Shown here: positions 48,174 to 54,471 of the stretch, in pieces
How the letters are laid out: each line of letters starts with the position of its first letter
Position numbering within the stretch: the stretch's first letter is position 1
Notes under the pieces: generated by a model
The model's database searches: none
Told to the model about the DNA's origin: nothing
The model's input: only the letters and a program-made list of their open reading frames with translations
DNA from: Prorocentrum cordatum
Taxonomy: Eukaryota
Reading direction: 5' to 3'
Assembly (NCBI GenBank): GCA_963575745.1
Contig: CAUYUJ010000238.1
Coordinates: 62,001 to 116,471, forward strand
Length of the DNA stretch: 54,471 bases
Made by a program: the position numbers and the translations under genes

Positions 48174-49393
48174 TTCTTGCCGTCAAGCGGGCAACGACCA
48201 AAGCGTGGCTTGGGCCCCGCCCCGCTCGCGCCCTCCGTGCGGACCCTCGGGGCTGCGCCTCTGGCGCGCGTTCTGCTGCCTGCGGCCGCGCCCGCGCTGC
48301 GCGAGTGGGAAGCGCCGAGGGCGCTGCGCCTCGGCGGATGGAGCGTTTTTCTGCGGCGCCCCGTCGCCGGCACGGGCCCCGGCGAAGCTCGGAGTGCGGG
48401 CCAGGATGGTGCCTTGGGAGGGGCCCGCGGGGATCGGCCCCGGGCGGGCGCTGCTGGCTGCTGGCGGGGGCAGGGCGCGGCCCCGGCGGAGGCCCAGGCC
48501 CGCGCCGTCGTGCCCAGGGAAGCTCTGCCGCGCGTCTCGCCTCGTGCCTGCGCCGCGTCGCGCCAGGCCCCGCTGCCGGCGCCTGCCGCCCCCCGGCCCT
48601 CGGAGACTCATCGCGGCCTGGTGCCACCCAGGGGGCCACGCCAGGAGCCTGTGCAATCCAAAACCCGGAGAGCGGAGCGCCGGGAAGCCGTCCATAGAGG
48701 CCTCTCGGGGTGGGCTCTGGCAGCTCCTGGGAGGAGCTTCCGAGGGAGCGTCTGGAGAGCTTTCTGGGCAGACGTGGTGGGGAACGCTCCGAAAATTAGG
48801 CCTCTCGGAACCCGCTGCCGGCTCGCAGGAGGCGCGCCGAGGCGTCCTGCCAGAGGCCGGAACCAGCTCCGGTGCTACCCTGCTGTGCCGGCCTCCAACT
48901 CTACAACCCTTGCAGCTCTCCAAGGAGCTGTCCGGGAAGCCACGCTAAATTCCTCCGCGCGCAGGGGGGGGTAGGGGGAGGGGGGAAGGTTTCTCAGAAG
49001 CACCCCTGCTTCTGAGGAGGCGCGGAGACCTTGTCTGTAGATGTATGGCCGGCGCCTTCTAAGAAGCAGGCTCCTTCTAAGAAGCTCTCCCCCCTCCCCG
49101 TGACCCCCGGTGCGCGCCGCCAATAGACCCAGACATCCGACGTCTCGATTGTTTTCGAGACGCGGGCCCCCGACCAGTCGACCGGGACCGGTTTTTCATC
49201 CCGAGTCCTTTTTTGACTGTCCCAGGGCCCAGCGAGGGCCCCGAGGGGCCAAAACTTGCGAAAAAACCTCGTCTCGATTTTTTCGAGACGTCCGATGTCT
49301 GGGTGCCCCCCTGCGCGCGCCGCCAATAGGTGTCACTCGCTCTCGGGCATGCCTGAGCTCCGGGCTCCGGCTCGGGCGGAAAGCTCCTTTGTC

Positions 49394-49544
49394 TTAAGTC
49401 GGGCGTGTCCCTCCACAGGAGGAATATTCCAAAATAGTCCAAAAATAGTCTGAGAAGGATTTTTTGATTTTTGCTGACTATTTGGGGAGTATTGTTTTAG
49501 TAACTCTCATCTGTCCCCCAAAACCCTCCACCCGCCCGACCCAA
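49394..49544 (+). mobile_element. MITE copy D, right end degenerate, no TSD seen
   Basis: TTAAGTCGGGCGTGTCCCTCCACAGGAGGAATATTCCAAAATAGTCCAAAAATAGTCTG matches the 5' half of copy C. It ends CGCCCGACCCAA. Confidence 0.7.
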
Positions 49545-49920
49545 CAACAGATGCCACGCGCCCTCGGGCGTGCCTGAGCTCCGGGCTCCAGCTCGGGCGG
49601 CCGAAGCTCCCTTCGCTGTCGAGCGCGAGCGGGCGCGCCGCGCGGCAGGAGCCTCCGTGAGCCTGCTGGCCTCCGGGGGGGGGGGCAGCGTGGAGGGTTT
49701 CTCCGAAGGGCTTAGGCGACCCCTCCTCCTCCTCCCTCTCCTCCTCCTTCTCCTCCTCCTCCTCCTCCTCCTCCTCCTCCTCCTCCTTCCTCCTCCTCCT
49801 CCTCCTCCTCCTCCTCCCTCCTCCCTCCTCCTCCTCCCCCTTCTCCTCCTCCTCCTCCTCTCCTCCTCCCTCCTCCTCCTCCTCCTCCTCCTCCTCCTCC
49901 TCCTTCCTCCTCCTCCTCCT

Positions 49921-52900
49921 ATCCTTATTCCTTATTAGAATATACTCCTACTCCCCCCTCAGGCCGGCCATTAGGGGCCGCATCCGGGTGGTCCCATCCT
50001 AACCTGTAAAAAACAATACAAAATCAACATTTTTCTTATTTTTTCCTCTCGACATGGACGTCCTGTCGTCCACGGCGATAATCCATTGCAAAAAATACCA
50101 CAAAGAGCACACGCGCGCGTTCATGTCAGAATCCTACCGAACACCGTGTGTTTGCAAGCATTTCAACATAAAAACATCAAAAACCCAATGCTTTTTCACA
50201 AAAATTGTACAAATTTCCCGCCCGGGCTCTCTTGCTGAAATCATAGGAAAACCATAGGAATCTTAAGAATTCGGTCAAATCCAGCGATTTCACGTCATCG
50301 CGCGGTGCACTCGCGATGCTCTGTCATGCACCCAGGCCGCGAATCCTGTGCAAAAAATACCACAAAGAGCACACTCGCGCGTTCATGTCAGAATCCTACC
50401 GAACACCGTGTGTTTGCAAGCATTTCAACATAAAAACATCAAAAACCCAATGCTTTTTCACAAAAATGCTTTGGGGTGTCCTGTCAGACCGTCGGGCTTC
50501 CTCCGGCCACCTCTGGCTTCCTGCGGTGTACCGGGCCATTCTCGACTCGTCTGGCAATGCGTGCGCGGCATTCAACACGCGCTCGCCAGTTCCCGTCGGC
50601 AACCGCCATCGCGGCCGCATCAGCTGTACCAAACCGGCTGGCCGGTGTGACTTCGGCCCCCAGTTGTGCCAGCTTTGCTTCTTATGTTGTGGGAGGGCGG
50701 GTGGGACTGGGCATGCCATGCTTGACTCGCTCGAGCTGGCTAGCTTGACTCCTACTCCTAATCCTTATTCCTTATTAGAATATACTCCTACTCCCCCCTC
50801 AGGCCGGCAGATAGCGGGCGCATCCGGGTGGTCCCATCCTAACCTGTAAAAAACAATACAAAATCAACATTTTTCTTATTTTTTCCTCTCGACATGGACG
50901 TCCTGTCGTCCACGGCGATAATCCATTGCAAAAAATACCACAAAGAGCACACGCGCGCGTTCATGTCAGAATCCTACCGAACACCGTGTGTTTGCAAGCA
51001 TTTCAACATAAAAACATCAAAAACCCAATGCTTTTTCACAAAAATTGTACAAATTTCCCGCCCGGGCTCTCTTGCTGAAATCATAGGAAAACCATAGGAA
51101 TCTTAAGAATTCGGTCAAATCCAGCGATTTCACGTCATCGCGCGGTGCACTCGCGATGCTCTGTCATGCACCCAAGCCGCGAATCCTGTGCAAAAAAATA
51201 CCACAAAGAGCAAACTCGCGCGTTCATGTCAGAATCCTACCGAACACCGTGTGTTTGCAAGCATTTCAACATAAAAACATCAAAAACCCAATGCTTTTTC
51301 ACAAAAATGCTTTGGGGTGTCCTGTCAGACCGTCGGGCTTCCTCCGGCCACCTCTGGCTTCCTGCGGTGTACCGGGCCATTCTCGACTCGTCTGGCAATG
51401 CGTGCGCGGCATTCAACACGCGCTCGCCAGTTCCCGTCGGCAACCGCCATCGCGGCCGCATCAGCTGTACCAAACCGGCTGGCCGGTGTGACTTCGGCCC
51501 CCAGTTGTGCCAGCTTTGCTTCTTATGTTGTGGGAGGGCGGGTGGGACTGGGCATGCCATGCTTGACTCGCTCGAGCTGGCTAGCTTGACTCCTACTCCT
51601 ACTCCTACTATCCTCCTTATTCCTTATTAGAATATACTCCTACTCCCCCCTCAGGCCGGCCATTAGGGGCCGCATCCGGGTGGTCCCATCCTAACTTGTA
51701 AAAAAACAATACAAAATCAACATTTTTCTTATTTTTTCCTCTCGACATGGACGTCTTGTCGTCCACGGCGATAATCCATTGCAAAAAATACCACAAAGAG
51801 CACACGCGCGCGTTCATGTCAGAATCCTACCGAACACCGTGTGTTTGCAAGCATTTCAACATAAAAACATCAAAAACCCAATGCTTTTTCACAAAAATTG
51901 TACAAATTTCCCGCCCGGGCTCTCTTGCTGAAATCATAGGAAAACCATAGGAATCTTAAGAATTCTGTCAAATCCAGCGATTTCACGTCATCGCGCGGTG
52001 CACTCGCGATGCTCTGTCATGCACCCAGGCCGCGAATCCTGTGCAAAAAAGTACCACAAAGAGCACACTCGCGCGTTCATGTCAGAATCCTACCGAACAC
52101 CGTGTGTTTGCAAGCATTTCAACATAAAAACATCAAAAACCCAATGCTTTTTCACAAAAATGCTTTGGGGTGTCCTGTCAGACCGTCGGGCTTCCTCCGG
52201 CCACCTCTGGCTTCCTGCGGTGTACCGGGCCATTCTCGACTCGTCTGGCAATGCGTGCGCGGCATTCAACACGCGCTCGCCAGTTCCCGTCGGCAACCGC
52301 CATCGCGGCCGCATCAGCTGTACCAAACCGGCTGGCCGGTGTGACTTCGGCCCCCAGTTGTGCCAGCTTTGCTTCTTATGTTGTGGGAGGGCGGGTGGGA
52401 CTGGGCATGCCATGCTTGACTCGCTCGAGCTGGCTAGCTTGACTCCTATCGCTTATTCCTTATTAGAATATACTCCTACTCCCCCCTCAGGCCGGCCATT
52501 AGGGGCCGCATCCGGGTGGTCCCATCCTAACCTGTAAAAAACAATACAAAATCAACATTTTTCTTATTTTTTCCTCTCGACATGGACGTCCTGTCGTCCA
52601 CGGCGATAATCCATTGCAAAAAATACCACAAAGAGCACACGCGCGCGTTCATGTCAGAATCCTACCGAACACCGTGTGTTTGCAAGCATTTCAACATAAA
52701 AACATCAAAAACCCAATGCTTTTTCACAAAAATTGTACAAATTTCCCGCCCGGGCTCTCTTGCTGAAATCATAGGAAAACCATAGGAATCTTAAGAATTC
52801 GGTCAAATCCAGCGATTTCACGTCATCGCGCGGTGCACTCGCGATGCTCTGTCATGCACCCAGGCCGCGAATCCTGTGCAAAAAATACCACAAAGAGCAC

Positions 52901-54471
52901 ACTCGCGCGTTCATGTCAGAATCCTACCGAACACCGTGTGTTTGCAAGCATTTCAACATAAAAACATCAAAAACCCAATGCTTTTTCACAAAAATGCTTT
53001 GGGGTGTCCTGTCAGACCGTCGGGTTCCTCCGGCCACCTCTGGCTTCCTGCGGTGTACCGGGCCATTCTCGACTCGTCTGGCAATGCGTGCGCGGCATTC
53101 AACACGCGCTCGCCAGTTCCCGTCGGCAACCGCCATCGCGGCCGCATCAGCTGTACAAACCGGCTGGCCGGTGTGACTTCGGCCCCCAGTTGTGCCAGCT
53201 TTGCTTCTTATGATGTGGGAGTGCGGGTGGGACTGGGCAATGCCCACGCTTGACAATCGCTGAGCTGGCTAGCTGACTCCTACTCTACTCCGCCTCCTCC
53301 CCTCCTCCTCCCCCTTCCCCTCCTCCTCCCTCCTCCTCCTCCCCTCCTCCTCCTCCTCCTCCACCTCCTCCTCCTCCTCCTCCTCCTCCTCCTCCTCCTC
53401 CTCCTCCTCCTCTTTCTCCATTTTCCCCACTCCTCCCCCCTCCTCCCCCTCCTCCAACCTCTTCCCTCCTCCTCCACCTCCTCCTCCTACCCCTCCTCCT
53501 CCTCACTGCTCCTCCTCCTCCTCTCCTCCACCTCCTCCTCCCCCTCCTCCTCCTCCTCCTCCTCCTCCTCCTCCTCCTCCTCCTCCTCCTCCTCCTCCTC
53601 CTACTCCTATCCTTATTCCTTATTAGAATATACTCCTACTCCCCCCTCAGGCCGGCAGATAGCGGGCGCATCCGGGTGGTCCCATCCTAACCTGTAAAAA
53701 ACAATACAAAAACAACATTTTTCTTATTTTTTCCTCTCGACATGGACGTCCTGTCGTCCACGGCGATAATCCATTGCAAAAAACACCACAAAGAGCACAC
53801 GCGCGCGTTCATGTCAGAATCCTACCGAACACAGTGTGTTTGCAAGCATTTCAACATAAAAACATCAAAAACCCAATACTTTTTTCACAAAAATTGTACA
53901 AATTTCCCGCCCGGGCTCTCTTGCTGAAATCATAAGAAAACCATAGGAATCTTAAGAATTCTGTCAAATCCAGCGATTTCACGTCATCGCGCGGTGCACT
54001 CGCGATGCTCTGTCATGCACCCAGGCCGCGAATCTTGTGCAAAAAATACCACAAAGAGCACACTCGCGCGTTCATGTCAGAATCCTACCGAACACCGTGT
54101 GTTTGCAAGCATTTCAACATAAAACATCAAAAACCCAATGCTTTTTCACAAAAATGCTTTGGGGTGTCCTGTCAGACCGTCGGGCTTCCTCCGGCCACCT
54201 CTGGCTTCCTGCGGTGTACCGGGCCCCTCTCGACTCGTCTGGCAATGCGTGCGCGGCATTCAACACGCGCTCGCCAGTTCCCGTCGGCAACCGCCATCGC
54301 GGCCGCATCAGCTGTACCAAACCGGCTGGCCGGTGTGACTTCGGCCCCCAGTTGTGCCATCTTTGCTTCTTATGTTGTGGGAGGGCGGGTGGGACTGGGC
54401 ATGCCATGCTTGACTCGCTCGAGCTGGCTAGCTTGACTCCTACTCCTACTCCTACTCCTAACTCCTCCTCC
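49921..54471 (+). repeat. Tandem array of an ~845-bp unit (5 copies, running to the window end) with microsatellite linkers
   Basis: CTTATTCCTTATTAGAATATACTC starts at about 49923, 50763, 51615, 52452 and 53611. Each unit has an internal ~125-bp duplication. Linkers are (CTCCTA)n, or a ~320-bp (CCT)n at 53280-53605. Confidence 0.97.

Noticed and set aside
53000..53640. Biologically meaningful divergence at the end of unit 4 of the 845-bp array
   Set aside because: Clustered 1-nt indels next to a noisy CCT tract look like low-coverage long-read consensus error.
49921..54471. SL-RNA, 5S rRNA or snRNA gene array, or a repeated protein gene
   Set aside because: I found no DinoSL, 5S or U-snRNA motif on either strand by eye. 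ORFs differ between units through A-run indels. An Rfam scan is still warranted.

Overview
This is a GC-rich, extremely repeat-dense eukaryotic window, not a prokaryotic locus. The (CCT)n/(GAC)n tracts, plant-type telomere-like CCCTAAA remnants, apparent GA/GC splice donors and a degenerate dinoflagellate spliced-leader (SL) relic point to a dinoflagellate genome (Prorocentrum-like; inference). Almost all ORFs in the supplied track are artefacts of microsatellites or satellites. The supportable content is as follows. (i) Three tandem arrays: an 82-bp satellite (about 27 copies), a ~245-bp hairpin-containing satellite with a ~980-bp higher-order repeat, and an ~845-bp unit joined by (CTCCTA)/(CCT) microsatellite linkers. 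(ii) A ~160-bp TIR MITE family with exact 8-bp target-site duplications, plus several other inverted-repeat or foldback elements. (iii) One hand-reconstructable multi-exon gene at 37953-40427 with an N-terminal C4 zinc-finger-like motif, preceded by an SL relic and possibly pseudogenised at its 3' end. (iv) Decayed fragments resembling a DYRK/CMGC kinase N-lobe, a DUF6787-like membrane segment and a hAT transposase C-terminus. No rRNA, tRNA or CRISPR array was recognised. I found no evidence for an intact novel multi-gene system; the best leads are the SL-relic gene, the 8-bp-TSD MITE family and the structured satellites.
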